From an uncultured Veillonella sp. (lineage in GTDB: Bacteria > Bacillota > Negativicutes > Veillonellales > Veillonellaceae): a DNA stretch of 64,000 nucleotides. The notes below the pieces were generated by a model. The model had not been told where the DNA came from. It searched no databases and worked only from the letters and a program-made list of their open reading frames with translations. The position numbers and the translations under genes are program-made. How positions within the stretch are numbered: the stretch's first letter is position 1; each line of letters starts with the position of its first letter. Location of the stretch: assembly GCF_937981445.1 (NCBI RefSeq), contig NZ_CALJON010000008.1, positions 124,442 to 188,441 of the forward strand. The letters run 5' to 3'. This document shows positions 15,271 to 25,861 of the stretch, one piece after another.

Positions 15271-18200
15271 TCAAATTTTAACTGCTTCATGAAGTCTAAA
15301 AGAGTAAATATATGTTTCTTTAACAGGTATATGCGTCAATGTTTCTAAGGCCTCTTTATACATGCGCAATTGTAATGCATAGCGCTGTTTCAATTCCTCA
15401 CCGGATCGAACGCGGTCTGTTTTATAATCAACCAATACCCATGCGCCATCTTCTAAAAAGACAGTATCAATAATCCCCTGTAAAAATAACTGTTCACCCT
15501 TTGGTACTTCTTTATAAACAGTCTGTGCTTCTAGGAGTAAACTGAAGGGCCATTCCCGCTCAACTCGCTGGGACTTAAGGAGTCGGCGTCCTAAGGAAGA
15601 TGTAAAAAATCTGTACAAGCTCCCCACACCCAATACATGACGTTCTTCTTCAGTAAAATAACCTGCCAAAGTCAATGTATCTAAAGCTTCACTTAACGAT
15701 TCTTTGGTATAGTCCTTCAAAGGCAACCATTGCATGGCTTCATGCATTAAAGTGCCCCATTGTACACCGCTTTGTAAGGCTGTCTCGGCTCGAAAAGAGG
15801 CTGGTGCTAAGCTAAATATTCCCAAGTCTACTTCGTTATCACTCGCAAGCTCTTCAACAGGCGTCGCTTCCGTATCAGTTGCCCTAAGAGACATTACTGT
15901 ATTGTCTTCAGTAGACTGTGCCGCTACAATACGCTCTTCAGCATCCTGTGCCTCTACTGCAGTCCCTTGAGCATCCTGTGCCGCTACGGTAATCCCCTTA
16001 CCATCCTGCACCGCATCAACAGTAAGGCTATTGGACGGTGCAGACGAATTTATTTCGCCCTTTTCTATTCCTTCTAAGCCAATAACTGGCAAGGAGTCTG
16101 CTAAAGGCTGGGCTTCCTCTTCCATTTCAGCAAAACGACGTTTCAATTCGCTAACAGAAATTTTGGCTGCCCGTTCTGTAGCCGCTTCATAAGGATAGGC
16201 AAAGTCAAAGCGCTTTGCTAGAAAATCTGGTAACGGTGACGCTTCAATAGGTGCTAACTGGCGAATCGCTGAAAGCATTTCACTTTCCTTAGCTCTATGA
16301 GTAAGGCGCTCTCTATATGCATTACCATCATGAACCGAGACGGCTACCTTACAAGATTTGTAAGGTAAATCCATGAGTCTCACTTCTTCAACGCCACTAT
16401 GAACACGCAGTATATTACCTTCAATATGACGCCCCAAAGCCATTACAATCCAATCTAAATATGAATTGGCGCCTTGAATCAAAGCACTAGAGAATTTTTC
16501 ATCATTGCATACGAGCGCAGGTGCTACTGTAGACTGACAAAAGGATTCTAATCCCTTAATATAGCCCGTAATAAAGAGTTTATCCCTAGCACGTGTAAGA
16601 GCTACATATAACACACGCTCTTCCTCAGCTTTCATAGCATGTGCCGCATGATCGCGCGCATAGAGCCATGGAAAGGTACCATAGAGCAATCGATAGTCTT
16701 CATAATAGCCTTTTAAACCAATGCCACTCTCACTGTCTAAAATCATGGATTTTCGCAAATCCATGTCATTGAATTTTTTATTCGTAGACATGAGAAATAC
16801 CACCGGAAATTCGAGGCCTTTACTCTTATGAATGGTCATAATGCGCACCACATCATCGGCCTCACTCACCGTAGTGCCTTGCCCCAAGTCCTTGCCAGCA
16901 GCTTGCAAACTCTCTAAAAAGCGCAAGAAACGGAATAAGCCTCTAAAGCTGCCTGACTCATATTGCTTAGCCCTTGTATATAAGGCCATCACATTAGCCC
17001 TTCGCACTAGGCCATTCGGCATGGCACTGACATATTCCAAATAATTCATTTCTTCGTAAATAGTCCACAATAGTTCACTTACACTGTGACGCCGAGAATA
17101 GGTTCGCCACCGCTCTAAGCGCTCCACAAACACCTGCAAAGCCCTATTATCAGTCGATTTGGCATACTCAGGCAAAACACTCCACAAGGATCCCTCTCCA
17201 GTCAAACGAAGACGTCCTAATTCGTTCGCATCCATGCCTACAAAAGACGATGCTAGGACAATAGCCATAGAAAGATCCTGTTCTGGATTGTCAATAATCT
17301 GCAATAAAGCGAGAAGTAATTTTATTTCAATAGCACTAAAGTACCCACTCTTTGACTCCGCATAAGCGGGGATTTTTTTGGCTCGCAATGCTTCTACAAT
17401 GCGATTCCCCTTCCCTTCTGTGGACCGCAGTAAAATTACAATATCGCGATACATCAAAGGTCTAAACGAACCATCTTTTTCTTCCACCACATAGTTACCA
17501 GCCATAAGCTGTTCAATCTTCTCTACAACAAAGGCAATTTCTTTGTCCTGATTATCGAGCTCATCCTTTTCGTCTGAAGATCCTTCACTACTACCATTAA
17601 CTGGAGCCGCTGAAGAAAGACTAGACTGACTGGTATTCCCCTTACCATTAGAAGGGGATTGACTAGTCCCTACACCGGACTGGGCTTGACTAACCGCTGG
17701 ACTAGACTTAGCTTGATTAGTTACTGCACTAGACGGCTCTGAATTAGACGCATCCTGTTCGTCAACTGCCGATTTGCCATCGCCCACATCCAGCACATGT
17801 AGCTCCACAGCACCGCCTACCCAATTAGATGGTGCGTCCTTTACTTTACGACCTGCATACAGCGCTTCCGCTTTGCCATAATCAAGCTCTGCGCCATCGG
17901 TCGTCATAATTTGACTAAATAAGAAATTAGTAAAATCTAGTATATTTTCATCAGATCTAAAATTTTTAGCCAAATCAATGCGGCGCTCTTCATCCTCTAC
18001 ATCATGACCAAAGGTATTATACTTATGCAAAAACAAACCTGGATTAGCCATGCGGAAGCGATAAATACTTTGCTTTACATCGCCCACATAAAAGCGATTG
18101 TCCTTACGGGATACCAAATTAACGATGGCTTCCTGTACGCCACTAGTATCCTGGTATTCATCTACCATAATTTCTTTGAATTGCTCTTGAAGTTCCAAAG

Positions 18201-19404
18201 CCACTTCAGAGGGTATCCACTGTCCGTCTTCATCCTTATCTCTTAGAATCTGTAAGCACAGGTGTTCCAAATCAGAAAAATCCACCATGCCTTCTTCTTT
18301 TTTCCGTTCTTGAAAGGCTTCCATAAATGCCTTCGTCAATTCAATGAGACCTTTTATATAAGGCAATTGTTGTTCCATTTGCCAAGCAAATTGCTCTTCA
18401 GTAATACCAAACGGTCCATGACTCATAGCCTTTAATTCATTTTGATTGAGTAAGCCCAACGCATGTGTTTTAGACACTGCTGCCGCACTAATGGCCCCTG
18501 TATGTAAGCCTTCTTTATATTTAGTGGTACGGAATTGCTTGTATTTATGAGCGGCTCCTAATGCTGCCGCTGCCACCATCTCATCCCAAGTAGTAGCCCC
18601 TTTTAAGGCTTCCACAATATATGCTACGGAACTAACATTTTCGTCCCAAGCATACGGTCCTTCTGGCAATGCAATGAGCTCTTTCATCTCTTCATAGCGC
18701 GCCTCTATAGTGGCAATTTGTTCCTGCTGCTTCTGCCAAAAATACTGGCCCCATATGGTGTCTTTAAGCGCCATATGAGCACTCTTTTCATAGAGCGCTA
18801 ACCCCTTATTTAACCAACCTAAAGGGTCATCTTGGGCCATTACAAAACGATGTAAATCAAGAACCTGCTCCTTAACGCCTTCATCAGAACGCGTGGTGCC
18901 AAACATATCGGCTAAACCATAGATATGGTACAGATTATTCTCATAAGCCTCGATAAGAAGCTCATCTAATACTTCTGCTTTAATGAGCAATAATTCAGAT
19001 TCATTACCAATGCGAAAGGACGGATCTAAATCAATACGATAAAAATAATTACTAATCACCCATTGGCAAAATGAGTGCAATGTTGAAATATGAGCTGACG
19101 GCAATAAACTAAGCTGTTCCTCTAAATAGGCATGACCTGTTTCACTAAATACTTCAGATAATTTAGCCCCTATTCTCGCTCTCATTTCAGCTGCTGCCGC
19201 CTTAGTAAAGGTAACAACTAGCAACTCCTGAATGGATAAAGGACGACTTGTATCTTGCAAACGCTGAATAATACGCTCTACGAGAACGGCCGTTTTACCT
19301 GACCCAGCAGCAGCGGCCACTAATAGCGTCTGCGCTGATCTAGAACCGGGCTTAGGTGAATCAATGGCCTGTTGTTGTTCGGGCGTCCACTTCATATACT
19401 TCAT
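15271..19404 (-). CDS. addA: ATP-dependent helicase/nuclease AddA, with two low-complexity insertions
   Basis: 1377 aa. UvrD-type motif AAAGSGKTAVL and C-terminal RecB-family nuclease GIIDTVFLEDGAWVLVDYKTD. Overlaps the addB 3' end by 44 nt; the alternative ATG at 19395 is also possible. Confidence 0.95.
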   Translation of the reverse strand: MKYMKWTPEQQQAIDSPKPGSRSAQTLLVAAAAGSGKTAVLVERIIQRLQDTSRPLSIQELLVVTFTKAAAAEMRARIGAKLSEVFSETGHAYLEEQLSLLPSAHISTLHSFCQWVISNYFYRIDLDPSFRIGNESELLLIKAEVLDELLIEAYENNLYHIYGLADMFGTTRSDEGVKEQVLDLHRFVMAQDDPLGWLNKGLALYEKSAHMALKDTIWGQYFWQKQQEQIATIEARYEEMKELIALPEGPYAWDENVSSVAYIVEALKGATTWDEMVAAAALGAAHKYKQFRTTKYKEGLHTGAISAAAVSKTHALGLLNQNELKAMSHGPFGITEEQFAWQMEQQLPYIKGLIELTKAFMEAFQERKKEEGMVDFSDLEHLCLQILRDKDEDGQWIPSEVALELQEQFKEIMVDEYQDTSGVQEAIVNLVSRKDNRFYVGDVKQSIYRFRMANPGLFLHKYNTFGHDVEDEERRIDLAKNFRSDENILDFTNFLFSQIMTTDGAELDYGKAEALYAGRKVKDAPSNWVGGAVELHVLDVGDGKSAVDEQDASNSEPSSAVTNQAKSSPAVSQAQSGVGTSQSPSNGKGNTSQSSLSSAAPVNGSSEGSSDEKDELDNQDKEIAFVVEKIEQLMAGNYVVEEKDGSFRPLMYRDIVILLRSTEGKGNRIVEALRAKKIPAYAESKSGYFSAIEIKLLLALLQIIDNPEQDLSMAIVLASSFVGMDANELGRLRLTGEGSLWSVLPEYAKSTDNRALQVFVERLERWRTYSRRHSVSELLWTIYEEMNYLEYVSAMPNGLVRRANVMALYTRAKQYESGSFRGLFRFLRFLESLQAAGKDLGQGTTVSEADDVVRIMTIHKSKGLEFPVVFLMSTNKKFNDMDLRKSMILDSESGIGLKGYYEDYRLLYGTFPWLYARDHAAHAMKAEEERVLYVALTRARDKLFITGYIKGLESFCQSTVAPALVCNDEKFSSALIQGANSYLDWIVMALGRHIEGNILRVHSGVEEVRLMDLPYKSCKVAVSVHDGNAYRERLTHRAKESEMLSAIRQLAPIEASPLPDFLAKRFDFAYPYEAATERAAKISVSELKRRFAEMEEEAQPLADSLPVIGLEGIEKGEINSSAPSNSLTVDAVQDGKGITVAAQDAQGTAVEAQDAEERIVAAQSTEDNTVMSLRATDTEATPVEELASDNEVDLGIFSLAPASFRAETALQSGVQWGTLMHEAMQWLPLKDYTKESLSEALDTLTLAGYFTEEERHVLGVGSLYRFFTSSLGRRLLKSQRVEREWPFSLLLEAQTVYKEVPKGEQLFLQGIIDTVFLEDGAWVLVDYKTDRVRSGEELKQRYALQLRMYKEALETLTHIPVKETYIYSFRLHEAVKI

Positions 19405-22400
19405 CTCCCTTCTCCATTTTTTCTAATGCTTCTTCTTCATTTAACTTACTTATATAGCGATAGGAATTACGTGTATTTTCAAAGCGGCATAAGCCTTTAT
19501 ATTGACAATAATTACAAGGAATGGCGTCATTGTAATTATACGGACTAATAGGGAAATGCCCCTCTAACATATGGGCCCCTGCACGGCTCATCACATCTTG
19601 CGCATATTGAGTCAACACATTAAATTGCTCCGTTGATTTTGTTAAATACATATCGCTGGCATAAATTGTGCCCTTACTGCTAATTCGAATCGGCACATAT
19701 GGTGTTTTCTTGCCTTTAGTATTTTCTAAGGTATCATCAATTTTCATCAATATATCTAAATCATCCGTATAATAGCCTGTATTTCTTAAATCCCCTTTGT
19801 CTGCTGCAATCTGAGGAGCTGTGAGAGGACTCACTAAATCAGATGTAGTAATCCTAGGATTTTGCACAAAACTATATACTAAAGCTGCTGGCACTAAACC
19901 ATTAGTTCGCTGCGCCTTTTCTAAGGCCAATAAATACGTTACTAATTGAAGTTTTAAACCATAATAAATTTCCGATGCACTGACCTTAATATTCCCTGTC
20001 TTATAATCCACCACCAGACCATAGGTATGCTGTCCATCAGACCACTCATCAACGCGGTCTAACTGCCCTTGTAAGCGAATATAATTCGCCCCACCTAGAG
20101 GAATCATAACGGGCGGCCAACTATTGGTACCACTACCAAAGTTCTGCTCTAAGTATTTCGTATCAAATGCGCTCTTTTGTGACCAGTCACGAAGTCGTGC
20201 CACCGTACGCCGCAGTGTATCTTCCAGGCGTTGCCGCAGAACAAGTTCATAAATATTGCCATCTTCCCCTAATTTTACCTCCTCTGCTATTTCATCAATA
20301 ACAGCTTTACACAAGGCCGCTTCATCCAGTTCAGGTATGTGACGCCACTGTTTTTGTTCACGCAATAAGCGCTGTCCCAAAACCCGCAAGCTTTCATGGA
20401 GGAACGTCCCGATTTCAGGCGCGCCAAACTGTTTTACTGGCCGCTCTTCTAAACGCAAGCCATATTGCGCGTAAAAAGCAAAGGGACATTTCTGATAGCG
20501 TTCAATTCGTGTAACCGAACCACTTAATGCATCATTTCTAAAAAGCAAAGCCTCCACAATAGACCGCTGCACAATTGGCACGGCATTCGAATCTAAGGAT
20601 CCTCGAGTGGCAATGCGTAGTGCATCACCATAAGGACTTGACCTAGTCCACTCATAGAGACTGCGCCAAATAGGCTGTAACGCCTCACCATGTGCCAAAG
20701 GAGCCATCTGATTAGCTAATAGGCTCAAACTCTGCGTTGGCCGCCATAAATAAGGCCACACCGCTTCATCACCAGCTTCACTAGGAAGTGTAAGAGGCAC
20801 CTCTTCACCTTTACCTATATATCCTAATTGTTGCCAACGCTTTAGGGGCAAGGATAACTCCAAGGCGCCCCCTTCATCTTCGTCCCCTTCTGAGGACTTA
20901 GCACAGGATAGGTATAATGTATGACGCGCTCTCGTGCAGGCCAAGTACAGCAAAAAGTTTTCATTAAAAGCACGCACTAAAGCCCCTTCAGCTAAAATAA
21001 CACCAGCCTTACGCAAGTCTACGCGCTCTGAGTCATTTAACAAGCCTTCGTCACCCATGTGTTGAGGAAATACGCCATCATTTAAGCCCATGAGAAATAC
21101 AATATCATGCTCCCTAGTATAGCCACGTTCGATAGTAGTTACTGTTACATGATCTAAACTTGGCGGCACTAAGGAATAGGTAACTTCTTCAATGCCTTCT
21201 TCTAAAAGAAGTTCAATTTCCTGTATGGTCAATTCATCTGGTAATTGCAAAGTCATAATTTCATCAAAAAGACTGATTACCTGCTTGTACATCTGCTCAT
21301 GAGCAGCGGCTTCTTCCATCTGACCATTCTCACGAGCTAGTTCAGTCCACGTATATAGATGGGCTGGCACACCTACAGCTAGTAGCACCTGGTAGAGCAT
21401 GTCACACCATGCCTGCCCAGTGTGTGCTGTTTTAGCAAAATCCCACAGGGGCCGTAATTCCTGCATGATGAGTTCACGACTCGCATTGACCCGTTCACAG
21501 CGCTCCACTTCACCTGGTAAAGGCTGACGAGTGACCGGTTCTTCTCCAGAAACCGCCTCACTACCCATTAAGCGCTGGTAACGCATATAATCCCAATGAT
21601 CTTTTAACCACATAAACTCGCGAATGCCGAATTCTAAACAATAATTTTCTAGTTCGTCAATATCACTACGCGAGAGTCCCCAAAAATCTGTTTTTAATAG
21701 TCTAAATAAGGTGTCATGATTGAAGTTACGACGCACCACTTCCAATAGCCCTAATAAAAATTCCCCTAAAGGATGACTCACCATGGGGCGTGTTCTATCA
21801 GAAAAATAGGGAATTCCATAGCGTTTCAAGGCCTTTTCTAAGGCATCACCATAGGTCTCAGATTCACGCAACATAATGGCCATATCACGCCAGCGGCGAT
21901 GGGGTGCTTCCATTTCAGCCAATATCTTACGACATACTGCATCAGCCTCTCGCTCCCGATTATAGGCCACCATAAAAGGCAATGTCTGATCAGATTGATT
22001 CCCCTTCATCGATACATTAAAATAACCTGATTCAAGAGCCTTAATAGCAGGATTTTCAAAGCGTTGCGGCGTCTCAAATGTTCGTATGAGTAATTTATTC
22101 CCATATTCTTTACTTAGATCTTCAAAAATAGAATAAGGACGGCCAAAAAGGCGTAGTTTTTCTGGACCCACACCTAATTTTGCTAACTCTGGCGGCAAGG
22201 TTAAGGTAATAATACTATCTGCTGCCAAATCTACTAAAGTATATACTAACTCCATCTGCAAAGGCGTAAACCAATGAAATCCATCAATTATAACATGGCT
22301 CTCCGTGAGCAAAGGACTGAGGGGTAAATCTTCAATGAGCTCCGTCATCTGATCTTTTCTATCCCCGATAGTTTCGCTGGCCAATTCTTTATAAGCATCC

Positions 22401-22885
22401 ATAAGATGTGCCAGTTCTTTTAACTTGCGCTGTAAAACAATAGAATCCACCGCTTCAGCACCAGCACGCAAGGCCTCACCATCTACTTTGAAGGAGTTGC
22501 ATTCGGTCAATAATTGCTGCACAATATCAGCAAAATGAGGCTGCTTTGCCACTTGCCCTAACAGCTCTAGCGAACCTCCTTGACGCTTCATAATAAGACG
22601 CAACAACAGCTTTTGTCCCACATCGGATAATCCTATTTCGCGCACTTTTCCTAAGGATTGAAAGACCTGATACGCTAAACGATTAAACCCTACTACACGA
22701 ACCGTTGTAAACCCTCGTTCAGGCATAAATTCGGCCAAGCGCCGTTCTGTTACATAAGTAGCTGGCTCTGGTACCAGCAATATAATAGGCTCGCCTGGTT
22801 TCGTGGCAATCAATTCTTTAATATGTTCAAAACAAGCCTCTGTTTTCCCCGTGCCAGCTCGTCCTAGATACACTGAAATCGACAT
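19361..22885 (-). CDS. addB: ATP-dependent helicase/nuclease AddB (Fe-S cluster type)
   Basis: 1174 aa. Walker A GRAGTGKTE, nuclease motif GLVVDYKTG, and cysteines YQKCPFAFY ... PCNYCQYKGLC typical of the AddB 4Fe-4S staple. Confidence 0.95.
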   Translation of the reverse strand: MSISVYLGRAGTGKTEACFEHIKELIATKPGEPIILLVPEPATYVTERRLAEFMPERGFTTVRVVGFNRLAYQVFQSLGKVREIGLSDVGQKLLLRLIMKRQGGSLELLGQVAKQPHFADIVQQLLTECNSFKVDGEALRAGAEAVDSIVLQRKLKELAHLMDAYKELASETIGDRKDQMTELIEDLPLSPLLTESHVIIDGFHWFTPLQMELVYTLVDLAADSIITLTLPPELAKLGVGPEKLRLFGRPYSIFEDLSKEYGNKLLIRTFETPQRFENPAIKALESGYFNVSMKGNQSDQTLPFMVAYNREREADAVCRKILAEMEAPHRRWRDMAIMLRESETYGDALEKALKRYGIPYFSDRTRPMVSHPLGEFLLGLLEVVRRNFNHDTLFRLLKTDFWGLSRSDIDELENYCLEFGIREFMWLKDHWDYMRYQRLMGSEAVSGEEPVTRQPLPGEVERCERVNASRELIMQELRPLWDFAKTAHTGQAWCDMLYQVLLAVGVPAHLYTWTELARENGQMEEAAAHEQMYKQVISLFDEIMTLQLPDELTIQEIELLLEEGIEEVTYSLVPPSLDHVTVTTIERGYTREHDIVFLMGLNDGVFPQHMGDEGLLNDSERVDLRKAGVILAEGALVRAFNENFLLYLACTRARHTLYLSCAKSSEGDEDEGGALELSLPLKRWQQLGYIGKGEEVPLTLPSEAGDEAVWPYLWRPTQSLSLLANQMAPLAHGEALQPIWRSLYEWTRSSPYGDALRIATRGSLDSNAVPIVQRSIVEALLFRNDALSGSVTRIERYQKCPFAFYAQYGLRLEERPVKQFGAPEIGTFLHESLRVLGQRLLREQKQWRHIPELDEAALCKAVIDEIAEEVKLGEDGNIYELVLRQRLEDTLRRTVARLRDWSQKSAFDTKYLEQNFGSGTNSWPPVMIPLGGANYIRLQGQLDRVDEWSDGQHTYGLVVDYKTGNIKVSASEIYYGLKLQLVTYLLALEKAQRTNGLVPAALVYSFVQNPRITTSDLVSPLTAPQIAADKGDLRNTGYYTDDLDILMKIDDTLENTKGKKTPYVPIRISSKGTIYASDMYLTKSTEQFNVLTQYAQDVMSRAGAHMLEGHFPISPYNYNDAIPCNYCQYKGLCRFENTRNSYRYISKLNEEEALEKMEKGDEVYEVDARTTTGH

Positions 22886-22949
22886 AATAACTCCTAATTA
22901 AGCATTCCTAACTTTCTAATCATATAATTACATCTATTATAGCATTTAT

Positions 22950-23050
22950 ACATTTCTTCTTTTATAACATTTCTTCTATAACATTTCTTCCTATTATCTT
23001 TTCCCTATCAAACTTCTTCTACATCGCTTCTGTTATATTTCGTCTATTAC
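22950..23050. repeat. Degenerate tandem array with a period of about 14 nt (CATTTCTTCTATAA-like)
   Basis: CATTTCTTCTTTTATAA CATTTCTTCTATAA CATTTCTTCCTATTA and further diverged copies. Pyrimidine-rich on +, so purine-rich on the addB sense strand, just upstream of the addB start. Confidence 0.75.
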
Positions 23051-23344
23051 CCTCAACATGGACAAACAAACGTTACAGCTTAGGCTCCCCATTATAGATC
23101 AAAAATAGATTGTTCTTTGATAAAATTATTATTTACTACCTTCTAACTTCATTAGTGAAACCGGTTTATTTAAGTAGAAGCTCTTATGTATATATTAAAA
23201 TAACAAACTGTTACAAAAATGTATATTTACTATAAAAATTTAGAAAGTATAACTTAATACGCCTTATAATACCGCACTAAAACGAATTATACTTATTATC
23301 ACTTTTTTATATATTACCTATTAATTTTTACAACGCAAAATGAA

Positions 23345-23373
23345 TTGACATTTTAAACCTAGCGTTTTAGTAT
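23345..23373 (+). promoter_or_regulatory. sigma70-type promoter of cfa
   Basis: TTGACA-17 nt-TAGTAT, about 50 nt upstream of the ATG. Confidence 0.6.
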
Positions 23374-23420
23374 ATATAAATCAAGTATGTAAAAATTTTC
23401 AATGAGGAGGATTTCCGATT

Positions 23421-24605
23421 ATGTTTAATGCAATAGGTGAAAAATTAGAAGAGAAAGCAATGATCAATTTTTTGCAACGCTTCGACGCCAATCCATTTAA
23501 AGTGAAATTCCAAGATAATGAGTATATAATCGGCGAAGGCACTCCCTCATTTACTGTTAATATGAAGGAACCAATCCCTGTTAGTAAGTTAATGAGCAGT
23601 ACCTCTATCGCCCTTGGCGAAGCCTATATGGACGGCACCTTAGATATTGAAGGGGACTTATATGATGCCCTTAATCATTTCTTAGGACAAATGGACCAAT
23701 TTGCTACCACAGGTGATGTACTCAACAAATTAACTCACAATCCGCTTACAAAAAAGCACCAAGCAGAAGAAGTGCAAAGCCATTATGATATTGGCAATGA
23801 CTTCTACTCTTTATGGCTCGATGACACGATGCAATACTCTTGTGCCTATTTTGAGCACCCTACCGATACTTTATACGAAGCACAAATGCATAAAATTGAT
23901 CGCATTTTAAAAAAGCTTTATTTAAAAGAAGGTCTTCGCCTGCTCGATATTGGCTGTGGCTGGGGCTTTCTTCTTATCGAAGCAGCTAAAAAATATAAAA
24001 TTAAAGGCACGGGCATCACCCTAAGTCATGAACAATATGAAAAGTTTCAACAACGTATCAAAGATAATCATCTCGAAGACTATCTTGAAGTGCGACTCAT
24101 GGATTACCGTGATTTACCAAAGTCAGGGCTTGAATTTGACCGTGTTGTCAGTGTAGGCATGGTAGAACATGTAGGCCGTCAGAACTATCAACTCTTCAAT
24201 GATTGTGTCGATTCAGTCCTCGTCAAAGGTGGCGTGTTCTTGCTCCATTTCATCAGTGGCATGGATGAAAAACCTGGTGATGCGTGGATGAGCAAATATA
24301 TCTTCCCCGGTGGCATGCTACCTAGCCTTCGTGAAATGGTTGCAGATATGACAGAAGATAATTTCCATGTACTCGATGTGGAAAATCTCCGCAATCACTA
24401 CAATCTAACCTTGCTCGCATGGGATAAAAACTTCCGTGCCCAACTGCCTAAAATCCGCGAAACCTTTGACGAACGCTTTATCCGCATGTGGGATCTATAT
24501 CTAAACGGCTGCGCCGCCGCATTTTACAATGGCATGATGGACCTACATCAAATCTTAGCCACCAAAGGCATTAATAATGACTTACCTATCACACGTTGGT
24601 ATTAA
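23421..24605 (+). CDS. cfa: Cyclopropane-fatty-acyl-phospholipid synthase
   Basis: 394 aa. SAM-binding LLDIGCGWGFL and the HYDIGNDFY / YSCAYF blocks characteristic of CFA synthases. Confidence 0.9.
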   Translation: MFNAIGEKLEEKAMINFLQRFDANPFKVKFQDNEYIIGEGTPSFTVNMKEPIPVSKLMSSTSIALGEAYMDGTLDIEGDLYDALNHFLGQMDQFATTGDVLNKLTHNPLTKKHQAEEVQSHYDIGNDFYSLWLDDTMQYSCAYFEHPTDTLYEAQMHKIDRILKKLYLKEGLRLLDIGCGWGFLLIEAAKKYKIKGTGITLSHEQYEKFQQRIKDNHLEDYLEVRLMDYRDLPKSGLEFDRVVSVGMVEHVGRQNYQLFNDCVDSVLVKGGVFLLHFISGMDEKPGDAWMSKYIFPGGMLPSLREMVADMTEDNFHVLDVENLRNHYNLTLLAWDKNFRAQLPKIRETFDERFIRMWDLYLNGCAAAFYNGMMDLHQILATKGINNDLPITRWY

Positions 24606-24696
24606 CTATCAACTCATCACGTGTAGGCGCTAATTAGCAATGAAAACGTAAATTTACAGTGAGAACGTAAATTTATAGTAATAATATAAATTAAAC

Positions 24697-24798
24697 AGGC
24701 TATCAAAGAGGTATGAACTGCTGCTTCTTCTCATTAGAATCCTTGCATCTAATCCTAAGAAACAACAGCCTACATACTCTTTGATAGCCTATTTTTAT
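24697..24798. terminator. Long-range hairpin between convergent cfa and the DUF554 gene
   Basis: AGGCTATCAAAGAGGTATG ... CATACTCTTTGATAGCCT (about 18 bp, about 57-nt loop) followed by ATTTTTAT. The T-run overlaps the stop codon of the minus-strand gene. Confidence 0.6.
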
Positions 24799-25523
24799 AA
24801 TAAGGCCCACAACGCCGCCACAATTAAGGTAGGCAACATATTAGCAATCCGTATTTTCTTGTCCCACAATAAATTTACCCCTACAAGAAATATCATAAGC
24901 GAGCCCGTAAGAGAAATATTACTTAAAGCCTGTTCAGTAAGCCAAGGTGCAATAAATACAGCTAATAAAGTGACGGCCCCTTGCACAAAACCTACAGGGA
25001 TGGCCGAATATATACAGCCCTTACCCATGGTAGTGGTCATAATCATTACGACAATACCATCCATCATAGCCTTTGCCAATAGAATTGACGGATCACCTGA
25101 TGCATCTTGAATAGAGCCAATAATAGCCATTGCGCCAATGCACACCATGAAGGACGTAGTTAAAAATCCTTCTATAAAACCTCCATCGCCTTCATTTTTG
25201 CTCTTTACCTTGAGCCAAGTACCAAATTGTTCTAACCTCTTATCTAAATCTAATAGTTCCCCCTTAACAGTGCCAATAATAAAGGTAACAACAAGCATCA
25301 TAATATGATTAGCCACAAAATGACCCTCTACAAATGCTAAGGATTCTTTAATAGCCCCTATAAAACCAATGAACAAAATACATACACTCATGGCTGCCAT
25401 CAAGGTCTCTAGCAAGCGTGCTTTCAGATAGTTACGTGCCATAAGACCAATAAAGCCCCCTATAACAATAACTACCATATTTATGACCGTCCCCATACCA
25501 GGAACACCTTGAAACTGCATCAT
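24795..25523 (-). CDS. DUF554-family membrane protein (YdfK/YqgA-like)
   Basis: 242 aa, about 7 hydrophobic segments. The internal start at MGTVINM (25496) is equally plausible. Confidence 0.75.
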   Translation of the reverse strand: MMQFQGVPGMGTVINMVVIVIGGFIGLMARNYLKARLLETLMAAMSVCILFIGFIGAIKESLAFVEGHFVANHIMMLVVTFIIGTVKGELLDLDKRLEQFGTWLKVKSKNEGDGGFIEGFLTTSFMVCIGAMAIIGSIQDASGDPSILLAKAMMDGIVVMIMTTTMGKGCIYSAIPVGFVQGAVTLLAVFIAPWLTEQALSNISLTGSLMIFLVGVNLLWDKKIRIANMLPTLIVAALWALL

Positions 25524-25684
25524 ATACTTCGCCTCTTCTCTTTTCTCTATACATTCTTGCGGTTTTATACTATCATAAACACCATATATCGCTTTTCATC
25601 GCTTTGACAGTATAACTAGCCGCTCTCGCCCTAATGAAGGCTGGTACCATTCTCTCATGTAGCTAATTATAGCATAAAAAAGAT

Positions 25685-25730
25685 ATAAAAAGACCCCTAC
25701 GCTCTAGGTATATCCTAGTTCAGTAGGGGT
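25685..25730 (-). terminator. Intrinsic terminator downstream of tRNA-Ser
   Basis: Minus strand ACCCCTAC-22 nt-GTAGGGGT followed by CTTTTTATATCTTTTTT. Confidence 0.75.
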
Positions 25731-25770
25731 TTTAATACTTCCAACAAGTATCAGTCAAAAGTATAAGATA

Positions 25771-25861
25771 TGGCGGAGGATTAGGGATTCGAACCCTAGC
25801 GACGGTAACCCGCCCTAACGATTTAGCAAACCGTCCTCTTCAGCCTCTTGAGTAATCCTCC
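25771..25861 (-). tRNA. tRNA-Ser (anticodon GCU), class II with a long variable arm, encoded CCA
   Basis: Minus strand GGAGGATTACTCAAGAGGCTGAAGAGGACGGTTTGCTAAATCGT...GGGTTCGAATCCCTAATCCTCCGCCA. 7-bp acceptor stem, anticodon loop UUGCUAA, T-loop GGTTCGAATCC. Confidence 0.95.

Noticed and set aside
25524-25684. Leader of about 150 nt upstream of the DUF554 gene, with TAGC...GCTA closing pairs, considered as a riboswitch
   Set aside because: I could not match it to any riboswitch core, it has no terminator or sequestered RBS, and the pairing is weak.
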